DNA of 64,000 nucleotides, taken from the NCBI GenBank assembly GCA_027923505.1, contig BROI01000006.1, forward strand, positions 992,001 to 1,056,000, written 5' to 3'. Source of the stretch: Mayamaea pseudoterrestris. Taxonomy: Eukaryota. Under the pieces are notes generated by a model that saw nothing but the letters and a program-made list of their open reading frames with translations, searched no databases and had not been told where the DNA came from. Positions 14,701-25,610 of this stretch are shown here, piece by piece (within the stretch, counting starts at the first letter, position 1; each line of letters starts with the position of its first letter). A program made the position numbers and the translations under genes.

Positions 14701-14990
14701 AATACTGGAATAAAAAGCGAATGGTGTTTCCAGTTGATTAGGAGCCAAAGGCTTGTCACCATGGGTGTGGAACCCATCCCTTTGCCACGAGCTTCCGCAC
14801 ATTCAACCAATGGTTGAATGTGCCAGCGGTGCACCCTTTTTGGCTACAGAGATCATCAGCGCTGCCTTCTGAGCCCAACAAATCTAATCCAGTCATGTTT
14901 ACTGACATGATGGGGCCAATGGTTTGGTTGGTTGCACCACAAAGTCAGTTTTCATCACCATGTATGCCATGGTGAGACTTAGCGGATCCA
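11785..14990. repeat. Satellite A, subfamily 2 (356-bp unit, ~9 copies, homogeneous)
   Basis: Near-identical ORFs offset by exactly 356 (12119/12475, 12827/13183). Diagnostic variants include CCAATAATTTGGTCAGTTGCACCC and TTGTTGGATCTGC. Confidence 0.95.
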
Positions 14991-15349
14991 ACATCACATT
15001 GCCATAACAAGCTACTGCGGCATACTGTTAAAATGTACTTCTACTTTATATTAATTCATTGACTGGTCTATGTCCCTATGAAGACAAAAGGTGTGGTTAC
15101 ATGTCGCGATAGGATCGCTCCAAAGAACTGACAACGATCAGTGCCTCCTGTGTTCTGTCCAGATTTGTAGTCTTACTGCTACCAATTGAGTTGTCGGTGA
15201 CTGTCGGCTGATCGCTGTACTCGAATGTCGATACAATTCGCTTACTACTTTTCCACTGATACAATACATCATTCTCGCCAGTGTAGCCGTAGAACCTTCA
15301 AGCCATGGAAGTCTTTAGCAAGAACGTTTGAGTGGATTCACAATCAAGT

Positions 15350-15712
15350 CGGAACATCCTGGTTCTTCAGTGAAGCGAGCCGTCGACATGCAGTATTCGC
15401 AAGTTCAAAGCGAGATTCTGTGTCAGGGCCGCCCGCCAAGATCTTAAAGATGTGGCGTGCCAAGCGTGCAATGGTCCACCATAAGACTGATGTTTAACCT
15501 GATGATTGCTCACAAGCTCAAGTCGACCCAGATTGATTTCCGCAATGCTTTCGTTCAGTCTGATTTGCCAGAGCCGATTTACATCCAAGCTCCAGCGGGT
15601 TTGAATGACCCTAGCAAGAAGGATCACGTTCTTAAGGTCTTGAAGAGTTTGTATGGCGACAGGCGCGCACCCCAGTTATGGTTCAAGCATTTGTGCAAAG
15701 GATTGGAGATGC
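15350..15712 (+). mobile_element. Ty1/copia reverse transcriptase remnant (frameshifted)
   Basis: Frames read SIRKFKARFCVR and WSTIRLMF...TQIDFRNAFVQSDL.EPIYIQAPAG...VLKVLKSLYG.RRAPQLWFKHL, which are typical copia RT (RVT_2) motifs. Confidence 0.9.
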
Positions 15713-18700
15713 AAGCAAAACAATAGAAATTGTCGCCAAACGAAGTCGCGCATCATGGTACGGGGGTCGCCCACCACAATGAAAAGCTTCTGCGCTCGAG
15801 TCATGGCCACGTTAGAACGCTTTGGTTGGTTAAACATTCCCATGCTATGCTGAACGTCATGGCCCACTAGGTTCCAGTTACTTCGAGTTAAACTGAGAAG
15901 AATCACATCCCGTTCAACGGCCTGATAGTCTTCGACGAGGCCAACGTTGACAGCTCCCAATCCTCGTTGCCGCAGCAAATCACGAATCAATACGACTTGC
16001 GCGCGGAACGGTGCCATGATCCCAATGGATTGCGTGGACACTTCTAAACTCGTTAGCTCAGCTGCCAATTCGACAACGACTTTAGCTTCATCCTCGTTCT
16101 GCCACGAGTTGCCAGCAAACCCAGATTGTATCGTGACAGACTTGTCAGCACCCTTGACACCCCGCAAGTGAATCGGCCAACCATACTGCTTCTTCGCGCT
16201 AATAACATGCGGCACTGGATCCGACTGCGTCCCATCTGAAGCCACAACCACCGGCTCAGTTTGTAATTCTAAACGTCGAAGTTTTTCGCACCATCCCAGT
16301 CCGTCAATGATTGGAACTGCACTCTGCAACTTATCGTAGTAGAATAGGGCACTTGGCATCATCAGAAACGATGGATGTCCGCGATAATTGATTGTCAAGA
16401 ATATTGATAGGTTGTCTCGAAACGAAAGCTGGATAAAGTCAAGCATGCTGACCATGTCGGGTCCGAGCAAATGATTGTTGCCACCGCCAAGAGCCCCAAC
16501 TGGTCGAAGGAGGAGGCGCTCCATCCAGGATTTACCCATGCCGGCGGTCCGCGCCTGCGAAGAATATACCGAGGGTGATAGTTGCCGAGGGTCTCCACAG
16601 AGAACCAATTCCGCTTTGCGTACGCCAGGCGCTGTATCAGCAACAACCGACACCGGAATGAGGGACTCGGGCTCTGTCGCTTGGGCCGCCTCGTCAATGA
16701 ACAAATGAGTAAAATGGCACGAGTCAATTCCTTTCAAAATCACATCAACGTTGCATGACGCGCCAGCTTGTGCCACGTAATTAGCAAGATCTTTGCGGCG
16801 CACTCGAAGCTGCTGATTCGTCAAACCCTCCCCGTACAGTATATGAGCGTCTTCGCATGTCGAAACAATCACCTTAAAGGCAAATAAGTCTTTACGCGAC
16901 GGTATGCAAAATTCGCCCAATCCACCTGTGAGTTGTCGCGTGTATCCAAGAACTTGGACTGGAACAGTTTCAACTGCTCGTGAGCTGTCATAAAGTCGAA
17001 ATAGTTGCAGTCGATCCAAATGTTTGCTAAGCCGCGTGATAATGTTGTCAGCTGCAGCATGTGACGGCGTGCACATCAAGATATGCGCCGACGGATCTGA
17101 TGCCAGAACATGGCGGACGGCTGCCAGTTGAGTGTTGGTCTTGCCAGTCCCCGCTGGCCCTGTAAGAATGATCGGGCTCCGCATCGTGCCGAATTCAATA
17201 TGGCGCGTGCGACGCAACACGAGTTTGAGAAAGTCTCGCTGCTGCAAATTCAAGTCTTCCGAATAGACGACTCCATGATCAAGCGGAACATCGTCGTTAG
17301 GCGAGACTGGAGCCACAGACGGATATATGATAGGTGATAAATAGTCCAACGGCTGTTTGTAGAGCCAGTCTAATGCCGTGAGGCATCTCGCGTGCTTCGT
17401 CACTTGGGGAACAAAGCGTACGTTGAACGTCGACAACAGGGACGGCGCTGCCGTGAACAAAACGTTGTGCTTTGTTTGGTCAACCCATGTGCCGTGCACC
17501 AGGTCACCTTTTCGTTGAATTGATTGCACTGTGCAAAATATTTCAATAATGACGGGAGGGAAAAATCCGGCCGCCCGGCCCACTGCTGGATTGATGGGCA
17601 AGGCGATCGGACGCATCGAACGAACCAACATGACATCGCCCACCTGCAGGGGTGGATTCGCGTCGGCAATACCAAGCACCGTCGTTGAGCAAACGTATAC
17701 AATTGAGTCATCCTTCGTTTGCGCATGAAACGTGACGGGGTGGTTGTACTGGGAGTATCGCTCGTAGAGCAACGCCATTTCTTGTCGCTCCGTGGTCAAT
17801 AATCTGTCAAAGGTTGAACAGTAGCTCCCTAAATCCAAAGCGCTCTCTACTTGCGGCAGAGGAGGCAATTCATTGCTCGTCAAAGTCCCCATCAGTTTGC
17901 GGTGCCGATGCTCTATGGCAAAATAAAGCGAGTCGTCAACTGGAATAGTTCGGAAAGGACAGAGCTCATTATCGGGTACGGAAGCATATTGCTGTGGAAC
18001 CAAGATTACATCGCGACCAAACTGCATGCACGGTGGAGCAGATGCATACATGCGTGTGGCAAAAACTTCATTGATACGTCGAAATGATTCTGGCACATAG
18101 TTGGCGCTCAAGAGAGATGTCGATGCCAACTTCGTCGTAATCATTCCAATTTTATTGCCCTTCCCCTGAGGCTCTTTCGTCATGTTTTTGCTATTTCCCG
18201 GTAACTTGCCATTATATTCTGCAGCATCAGCTATGTGGGTCGCTATGGTCTGCAAAGCCGAATCAGCTTTCGACGAACTCGCAGCAATGACCTTCTCAGA
18301 CTTGCTTGGCGATTTTTCAATATGAGGATTGCTGCTTTCTGCATTCTTTTCAATGTCAGCGTTCCCGCCATTTGCGCAAGAGAGCGATGTGTCTTTTACA
18401 TTATATAAAATCTTTTTAGAAATACCGCCACACCCAAGCTGTTGTTGTGGAACGAAATTGCTGTCGAGCACTCCCAAGGTAAGAACATCTTGAACGTCAC
18501 CTTCGCTTGAAATTGAGGTTGACTCCAGTGTCGGCGAAATTTCCTTCTCATTCGCTTCGTCCTCATCTGCTGCTGGCTTGGAGTGACTGCTTGCGGTATC
18601 TGAAGCAAGTTTGCGGCCTTTTTTCAAGCGCTTGGGCTCCCCAATGCGAGCTCGTTCGCCACTGACATGAGTCAGCTCTGAAATTGCCACGTACGGCCAC

Positions 18701-19094
18701 TCTGAATCTTCCTTCAAGGTGACCAGGACAATGGAAAACTGTGCGATATCGCTACTTTCGTTGAGGCAGCTCATACTGCTTTCAACAACCTTGTCAGCCT
18801 TGATTCGCATTGAGTAAATCCCATCGGAGAGGAGCAACTGCATGAAGAAAAGTGAGGAGAAGATGATTAGAATCATGCGCTGTGCCAAGTACCAAGGAAG
18901 AACCTTCGATCTGCTTGACTCACCGTATTTGGATATATGCTAATATCCTGTCCAGCGTTGAGACAAATCGAAAGCACTTGCAGCAAATGCTCTTGTCCGA
19001 CGACTTCATTCTTGCATTCCGATTGATTCGCAGGCGAAGTCGCCGCCAAGGAGGCGATTGACGACAGCAAACCAGAAGAAAGCGTCGTTGACAT
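15676..19094 (-). CDS. SF1 (UPF1-like) RNA helicase of MOV10/SDE3/Armitage type with an N-terminal OB-fold-like segment; exons 19094-18924 and 18837-15676
   Basis: Motifs GPAGTGKT, DEAAQATEPE, GDPRQL, NYRGHP, YQAVERDVI and NVAMTRAQ. In-frame phase-0 intron ACG|GTGAGT...ATGCAG|TTG at 18923-18838. Confidence 0.85.
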
Positions 19095-19409
19095 TATAAA
19101 TACGTTTTTAGTCAATCTTTCCTTGCTATACCTGTACGTGCAGGTATCTCTCGGAAGCCTTTGCTTGTTTTCAATGTATGGATCGTTGCTTGAGTCGTTG
19201 AACAGTAACGCCAGAATGTGTCAACTTTTCGTCATCAAGTCGCTTGCAATCTCTTATTTCCCCGGTCAAGAGACTTTTAGAAGCTGTCTGGCCAAGGTAA
19301 ACGCCCGATGAAACTTTCAAGGGAATGCATTGGGTGCCGGCGGGTTCGTTCTGATTATTTTTGGATCGCCATGGTTTGCGCCTGTCGACAATTTTGCGGT
19401 ACGACGCTG

Positions 19410-19797
19410 TGACGTAATTGACACTGGCACTCGTTTCGTACTATTGCCTTAATGACGTAATTGACACTGGCACTTGTTTCATACTATTGCCTTATGACGT
19501 AATTGACACTGGCACTCGTTTCGCAACATTGTCTTGATGACGTAATTGACACTGGCACTCGTTTCGCATTATTGCCTTGATGACGTAATTGACACTGGCA
19601 CTCGTTTCATACTATTGCCTCATGACGCAGTTTTCACTGGCACTCGTTTCGCACTAAAGCCTTATGATGTAGTTTTCACTGGCACTTGTTTCGTACTATT
19701 GCCTTGTGACGTAATTGACACTGGCACTCGTTTCATACTATAGCCTTATGACGTAATTGACACTGGCACTCGTTTCGCACTATAGCCTTGTGACGTA
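19410..19797 (+). repeat. 42-bp minisatellite array 1 (9 units, A5-B2-A2) between the divergent helicase and aconitase genes
   Basis: Unit TGACG(TAATTGA|CAGTTTT)CACTGGCACTCGTTTCRYACTATTGCCTTR, with starts at 19410, 19453, 19495, 19538, 19581, 19623, 19665, 19707, 19749 and a terminal TGACGT at 19791. Confidence 0.97.
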
Positions 19798-20016
19798 TTT
19801 ACCATCTCAGTCGCGAGTGTCACGTGACGCGCCTCGAGGTTCGAGCGGCAGCTGCCGGATCCATTCGCTGTCGCTCGCTTGCTGCTGCTCTCGAAAAGGA
19901 TTCTTCCGTGCGAAGCACTTGGACGACTGGTCGCGAAGACATATATCTTCTCGCACTTTTCACTCTCTATATCAATCACTACTATAGCAGAAAAAGCGAG
20001 TCAATTAGCTACGACC

Positions 20017-22914
20017 ATGATGATGCTTGCTCACCGCCGCGTTGCGGCTCGAAGCTTGTCGACCTTGATGGGTCGGGTGAGTGCCGGCCGCAATTTGAAT
20101 CCAGCGACGTCTTGCCTAGGAACCATGCCTACGATGGATGTTACGATGTTGCAAGCCATAAGATCAGTTGTATCGTCATCTACGTTCAATCGCTCGTTTC
20201 ATTCGTCGTCTCCAGTGACATTATCAGCATCATCTCCATTTTTGAGCGACTACCAAAAGCACGTTGACGAGCGCGCGCAGATGGCAGCCGGCTTTGGAAT
20301 TGCGCCGCTGCCACTCAATGCCTCGCAAGTTTCGACATTGCTCAACGAACTGGAAAAGGAACCAGTCGATTCTGAAACCGCCAAGCAGCTTTTGGAATTA
20401 TTCACCGAGCGCGTTCCTCCTGGAGTCGATGAAGCCGCTTATGTCAAGGCGACGTGGCTGTCAAGCATTGCCAAGGGTTCGACGACTAGTCCTCACATGG
20501 ATCGTGCGCAAGCAATCAAGCTACTTGGAACCATGCAGGGCGGCTATAATGTTGCAGCGCTGGTGGAGTTGCTGGAAGATTCGGACGAAAGTCTTGCCGT
20601 ATTGGCGGGCGAGCAGCTGTCGCACACGCTCTTGGTCTTTGACGCCTACTATGACGTTGAAGCGCTTCATAAAAAGGGCGTCAAAGCTGCAACAACCGTT
20701 TTGGAAAGCTGGGCGAATGCCGATTGGTTTTTGAAAAAGCCAAAGGTTCCAACCAAAATGAGCGCCACCGTCTTTCGCGTCACTGGCGAAACAAACACCG
20801 ACGACCTTAGTCCAGCGCAGGATGCTTGGAGTCGACCCGATATTCCGCTACACGCCGTCAGCATGCTCAAGAATGCCCGCGATGGCATAGTGCCAGTCAA
20901 GGATGGAGAGATTGGGCCGCTCAAACAAATCAAAGAGTTGCAAGCCAAGGGATTACCATTAGCCTATGTTGGTGACGTGGTTGGGACGGGTAGTTCGCGC
21001 AAGTCGGCTACCAACTCGGTGCTTTGGTACATGGGTGATGCCATTCCGTATACACCAAACATTAAAGCAGGTGGTTTGTGCATTGGTCAAAAGATTGCGC
21101 CCATTTTCTTCAACACCATGGAAGACTCTGGTTCATTGCCGATTGAAATGTCCGTGGACGCTTTGAACATGGGTGATGCCATTGATGTTTATCCATATGA
21201 TGGCAAGGTTTGCAAGCATGAGACTGATGAAGTCATTTCCGAATTTACGCTCAAGACGCCTGTCATTTTGGATGAAGTCCGCGCTGGTGGACGCATTCCG
21301 CTCATTATTGGACGTGGATTGACGGCCAAGGCGCGCGAAACGCTTGGCCGAGCATCAGACTTGACGGATGTTTTTGTCATGCCGCAGCTTCCTGAAGGAG
21401 CAAACGAGCCAAAGGGATTTACGCTTGCGCAAAAGATGGTTGCCAAGGCGTGTGGATTACCAGAGACGCAAGGCGTCGTCCCCAATCAGTACTGCGAACC
21501 CATGATGACTACGGTTGGCAGTCAAGACACGACGGGTCCAATGACACGCGACGAACTACGCTCCTTGGCTTGCTTGGGATTTTCGGCCGATTTGGTCATG
21601 CAGTCGTTTTGCCATACCGCCGCCTACCCAAAACCAGTGGACGTTGTTACGCACCACACGTTGCCCGACTTTATTCGCACGCGTGGTGGAGTTTCGCTGC
21701 GACCAGGTGATGGAATCATTCACTCATGGATCAATCGCATGTTACTGCCCGATACGGTTGGAACGGGCGGTGACTCGCATACACGCTTTCCCATTGGAAT
21801 TTCCTTTCCGGCGGGTAGTGGATTGGTAGCGTTTGCGGCTGCAACGGGTATCATGCCGCTCGACATGCCGGAATCCGTCTTGGTGCGATTCAGTGGTGAC
21901 ATGCAACCTGGTATCACGCTGCGCGATCTTGTCCAGGCGATTCCATACACAGCCATTCAAATGGGACTGTTGACGGTGGAGAAGAAGGGCAAGAAGAATG
22001 TGTTTTCGGGACGCATTTTGGAGATTGAAGGCTTGCCAGACTTGAAGTGTGAGCAAGCGTTTGAGTTGTCGGACGCTTCGGCAGAGCGATCAGCGGCTGG
22101 ATGCACGATCAAGCTCAACAAGGAACCAATTATCGAATACATGAACTCGAACATTGTCATGCTCAAGTGGATGATTTCTGAAGGCTACGGCGATCGGCGC
22201 ACATTGGAGCGTCGTATCGCTCGCATGGAGGAGTGGGTTGCGAATCCAATCTTGATGGAAGCTGACAAGCAGGCGGACTATGCGTGTGTCATTGATATCA
22301 ATTTGAATGACTTGAAAGAGCCGGTGCTTGCTTTGCCAAACGATCCGGATGCCTGCGCCCTTCTGTCAGAGGTTGCTGGGTCCAAGATTGACGAAGTCTT
22401 TATTGGAAGCTGCATGACGAACATTGGTCACTTTCGCGCGGCAGGCAAGCTATTGAATCAGCTCCAAAAACCGCTTCCAACTCGTCTCTGGGTCGCCCCT
22501 CCCACCAAGATGGACGAAGCGCAGTTGATTGAGGAAGGATACTATGGCATATTTGGAGCGAGTGGAGCCCGCACGGAAATGCCGGGCTGCTCCTTGTGCA
22601 TGGGTAACCAGGCCCGCGTCGCTCCTGGATCAACGGTTGTTTCAACCAGTACGCGCAATTTCCCGAATCGCCTTGGACAAGGCGCGAACGTTTACCTCGC
22701 CAGTGCGGAATTGGCGGCCATTGCGAGCATCGAGGGTGAGCTTCCATCGGTTGATACCTACATGAAGTACATGAGCCAGGTCAATGCGACAGCTGCTGAT
22801 ACATACCGCTATTTGAATTTCGACGAGCTTCCGGACTATGTCAACTCGGCTGGATCAGTGGAGATTAGTGAGGAGATGAGAGCGGCGGCGCACAAGCTTT
22901 CAGCTGGACAGTAA
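20017..22914 (+). CDS. acnB: Aconitate hydratase 2 (AcnB type) with a probable mitochondrial presequence
   Basis: AcnB motifs ERVPPGVDEAAYVKA, LLGTMQGGYN, TNTDDLSPA, GTGSSRKSA, VFIGSCMTNIGH, PGCSLCMGNQAR and STSTRNFPNRLG. The N-terminus from ATG 20017 is R/S-rich. Confidence 0.95.
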   Translation: MMMLAHRRVAARSLSTLMGRVSAGRNLNPATSCLGTMPTMDVTMLQAIRSVVSSSTFNRSFHSSSPVTLSASSPFLSDYQKHVDERAQMAAGFGIAPLPLNASQVSTLLNELEKEPVDSETAKQLLELFTERVPPGVDEAAYVKATWLSSIAKGSTTSPHMDRAQAIKLLGTMQGGYNVAALVELLEDSDESLAVLAGEQLSHTLLVFDAYYDVEALHKKGVKAATTVLESWANADWFLKKPKVPTKMSATVFRVTGETNTDDLSPAQDAWSRPDIPLHAVSMLKNARDGIVPVKDGEIGPLKQIKELQAKGLPLAYVGDVVGTGSSRKSATNSVLWYMGDAIPYTPNIKAGGLCIGQKIAPIFFNTMEDSGSLPIEMSVDALNMGDAIDVYPYDGKVCKHETDEVISEFTLKTPVILDEVRAGGRIPLIIGRGLTAKARETLGRASDLTDVFVMPQLPEGANEPKGFTLAQKMVAKACGLPETQGVVPNQYCEPMMTTVGSQDTTGPMTRDELRSLACLGFSADLVMQSFCHTAAYPKPVDVVTHHTLPDFIRTRGGVSLRPGDGIIHSWINRMLLPDTVGTGGDSHTRFPIGISFPAGSGLVAFAAATGIMPLDMPESVLVRFSGDMQPGITLRDLVQAIPYTAIQMGLLTVEKKGKKNVFSGRILEIEGLPDLKCEQAFELSDASAERSAAGCTIKLNKEPIIEYMNSNIVMLKWMISEGYGDRRTLERRIARMEEWVANPILMEADKQADYACVIDINLNDLKEPVLALPNDPDACALLSEVAGSKIDEVFIGSCMTNIGHFRAAGKLLNQLQKPLPTRLWVAPPTKMDEAQLIEEGYYGIFGASGARTEMPGCSLCMGNQARVAPGSTVVSTSTRNFPNRLGQGANVYLASAELAAIASIEGELPSVDTYMKYMSQVNATAADTYRYLNFDELPDYVNSAGSVEISEEMRAAAHKLSAGQ

Positions 22915-23035
22915 GGATGTGAATCGAGCGTTGAATGTTTAATGTTAACTTCAGACTAAATATTTTGATGACAAATGTGACTCCATGTTAACTTGTGTAT
23001 TCGTTATGAGGTTATTCTACGTCTTCGTTTTATGA

Positions 23036-25123
23036 TCAATCTTCTTCCAGTGTTTGACTGCCATTACCAAAACCGACAGGCATGGCCACCTTGCTGCTAC
23101 TCGCCAGCGTTGGGAGGTCGACCAGATCTGGATCGCGAAACATACGCCTTGATATGTCGCCATTAGCAAGATTGCTCGTGCTAGAACTTCTCGACAGCGC
23201 ATTTACTGAAACATCAGTCTCAGACAAGCTATCAGCATGTAGTCGCACAGGACATTCCACCATTTCCATGTCCAGCCCATCGTCACCGGCGCCTAGTCCC
23301 CATTCATCATTTGCCGAATCGCTAGCGTCGTCATTCTTCTTCTTCCTTTTGCTCACGCGAGGAAGCGACGATTGAAGTCCGCCCATGGACAATGGAATAA
23401 CATTCTTCATCAAGTTTGCCGCCTGCGACTGCTGGCCGCCTCGTATGCTATCATCATTATCGTCCAGCAACATTCCATCACGCGTCGTGGCATTTGCATG
23501 GTGCATTGGATCGAACAAAAATCGTTGAAACTTGTAGAGCGGTCGAATCACTTGATAGTTGCGTCCCATGACTTGCTGAAGCAGCAGCAAAAAGCCAACC
23601 ATGCTAAACATTAAAACCATGAGCGCCAATATGTAATCACTGTAATCAGCGTCGGCAATCAACGAAGGGTGCGTCGCCGATGGCATGGCCGTGTTGACTG
23701 AAACAATCTGCAAATAGGGAGTCGTCAAGTTCACTCGATAGTAGTACGAGCCATCAAAGAATACATAAGCTTGCGCGGTGGTATTTGTCACTGCCAAGCC
23801 ATATCTTGGATTCTGAAAACATTGCGCAATCGTTTGCACCATGAGTGAACCATCTCCATTCAGCAGCGCTGTTTGATACATGCCAGCGGCTTGGGTGTGC
23901 GTTGCATTGGCAGCCTTTTTGGCCGCCTCGGCAGCAGCGGCGGCCGCCTGCGCCGCCTGCTCGTTTCCGGAGTGTTGCGCGTCCTCGGCAGCAGATTGTG
24001 CATCCTGTGCAGCTTCGGAAGCGTCTTGAGCAGCTTGACTGGCGTCATCCTTGTTGAGTGGAGCTACCGTCTTGAGCATTGTTGGTGCGAGAGAAACTGA
24101 TGGTTGTAGCGTTGGTGATTGTGAAATAGTTGCATTGGTCGAGTCGTTGATTGTTGCCAATGGCGTTGGTGCAACCGAGGTCGAGTCCAGCAGAGTTCTC
24201 AGCAGTAAGTCTTCCAGCGTCCGATGGTACCGTCCATTGTCGTTTCTCGACCGCTCCTTGCGCTTGCGATTACCAATGGTACGATTAGTCTTTCGCTGTT
24301 GTTCGTAAATGCTGTAGTTGGCCGTGGCCATTGAGGTTAAACAGTTGTATAGCTTGCTGTAAAACAGCGTCGGATCCAAACTATCAAAGTTATCATTGTT
24401 TCCAGCATGAACACGTTGAACGTCACTGGCAATCAAACGCAGCTGCCATCGGTTTGGAAGAATCAGAGGGGACAAGTCCACTCCAACATCCGCAAGATGC
24501 TGCAGGAGTGCAAGTAAAAAGTCGAGGTCACTGCTTGACTTTAGTAGCAGTTCATTCGTAGATTTCTTGTAGACACTAAAGGGCTGATACCGCCGTCGCG
24601 ACTTTGTCGGATAAGCTACAGCTGTCTGCAGTAGATTCTTTAGAACGGCGCCAGTCATGGTGGCAACGTAGGTGGCGGAATGATAGTCATTTGGACTTAT
24701 TCTTGTGGTGAAGTAAATGCGCGCCTCATTGTCCCAAGCAACAAATTTCTGCTGTTGACTGTCTTCATCGTCATGCGTGACGAGTCGAGGAATGGCTTCG
24801 TGGGTCAAGTCCAGTCCTTGTCGAAGCGGACCATACTCAAGCGTAAACTCGCGGCGGCGTTGTTCGAGAGACGAAAGTAAACTTGCACTTGGCGGTCGGT
24901 AACGTAAACCCAGCGCCAGCTTTCGCACTGGAATTGTAGAATTGGCCAATCCATGCAAAAGTGCAGTTCGTTGAAGGACGTAGCATTCCAAAACGCTCGA
25001 AGCATCCAAGCCTTGGGTCAGTGATGGGATGAGCGAGGCTGTCAAAATTCGAGGAACGGTTGCAGGGTCGTTGCTGCTGCTACCAATGCTAGTTGCGGAG
25101 TTATCGCCTGCTGCAACGCTCAT
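23036..25123 (-). CDS. Uncharacterised 695-aa protein with one predicted TM helix and an A/Q/D-rich linker
   Basis: Long ORF with hydrophobic segment YILALMVLMFSMVGFLLLL. No family recognised. Confidence 0.75.
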   Translation of the reverse strand: MSVAAGDNSATSIGSSSNDPATVPRILTASLIPSLTQGLDASSVLECYVLQRTALLHGLANSTIPVRKLALGLRYRPPSASLLSSLEQRRREFTLEYGPLRQGLDLTHEAIPRLVTHDDEDSQQQKFVAWDNEARIYFTTRISPNDYHSATYVATMTGAVLKNLLQTAVAYPTKSRRRYQPFSVYKKSTNELLLKSSSDLDFLLALLQHLADVGVDLSPLILPNRWQLRLIASDVQRVHAGNNDNFDSLDPTLFYSKLYNCLTSMATANYSIYEQQRKTNRTIGNRKRKERSRNDNGRYHRTLEDLLLRTLLDSTSVAPTPLATINDSTNATISQSPTLQPSVSLAPTMLKTVAPLNKDDASQAAQDASEAAQDAQSAAEDAQHSGNEQAAQAAAAAAEAAKKAANATHTQAAGMYQTALLNGDGSLMVQTIAQCFQNPRYGLAVTNTTAQAYVFFDGSYYYRVNLTTPYLQIVSVNTAMPSATHPSLIADADYSDYILALMVLMFSMVGFLLLLQQVMGRNYQVIRPLYKFQRFLFDPMHHANATTRDGMLLDDNDDSIRGGQQSQAANLMKNVIPLSMGGLQSSLPRVSKRKKKNDDASDSANDEWGLGAGDDGLDMEMVECPVRLHADSLSETDVSVNALSRSSSTSNLANGDISRRMFRDPDLVDLPTLASSSKVAMPVGFGNGSQTLEED

Positions 25124-25610
25124 TTCCTCTTTTAAAAGGAATTCTTTCTATCTCTATGCTCTCTGCCATGTACAGTAACCGCCTGATAGGTATAACAGGT
25201 GGATGAAAATGGCTACCGGTGGCTCATGGTCGCCATTCTCTCGGCCGTTTTCGGCTGTCGCATCGGTTTGCGATCCAAGACTCGACCAAGGGCAAAGCCG
25301 ACAGCAACAAGTTGGGTAGCTATCACGACTCGCCTGCGATACAGGTAGCTATTCACAGTCGAGCGACTGTACCGGTAGCTTGATAGAAGCAGGTGGATAC
25401 ATCATAGGATTAGTGTATAAGTTCCTGTATGCTTGCGTCTCGGACCGACTTTTCTACGTACCTCCAGCTCGCGCTTGATGCGGCATATCGGTTTAGGCAC
25501 TGTGAAGGAAAACAACTGGCCGTACAATCCATGTGTTGGTTTAGCTAAACGAATCAAGGGAAACAATATGTTTCATATCAATATAAAGTTAATTGTCCCT
25601 CTCCCGTCAT

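Noticed and set aside
6144..14990. Numerous 60-200 aa ORFs in satellite A
   Set aside because: The 356-bp unit is not a multiple of 3, the ORFs recur in shifting frames, and no domain is recognisable.
19410..19797. 42-bp arrays as CRISPR arrays
   Set aside because: There are no unique spacers (the variable part is a diverged copy of the same 14 bp), no cas genes, and the context is eukaryotic.
20017..22914. Bacterial-type AcnB as contamination or recent HGT
   Set aside because: It has a eukaryotic targeting extension and sits among intron-containing genes, and AcnB-type aconitase is expected in diatoms.
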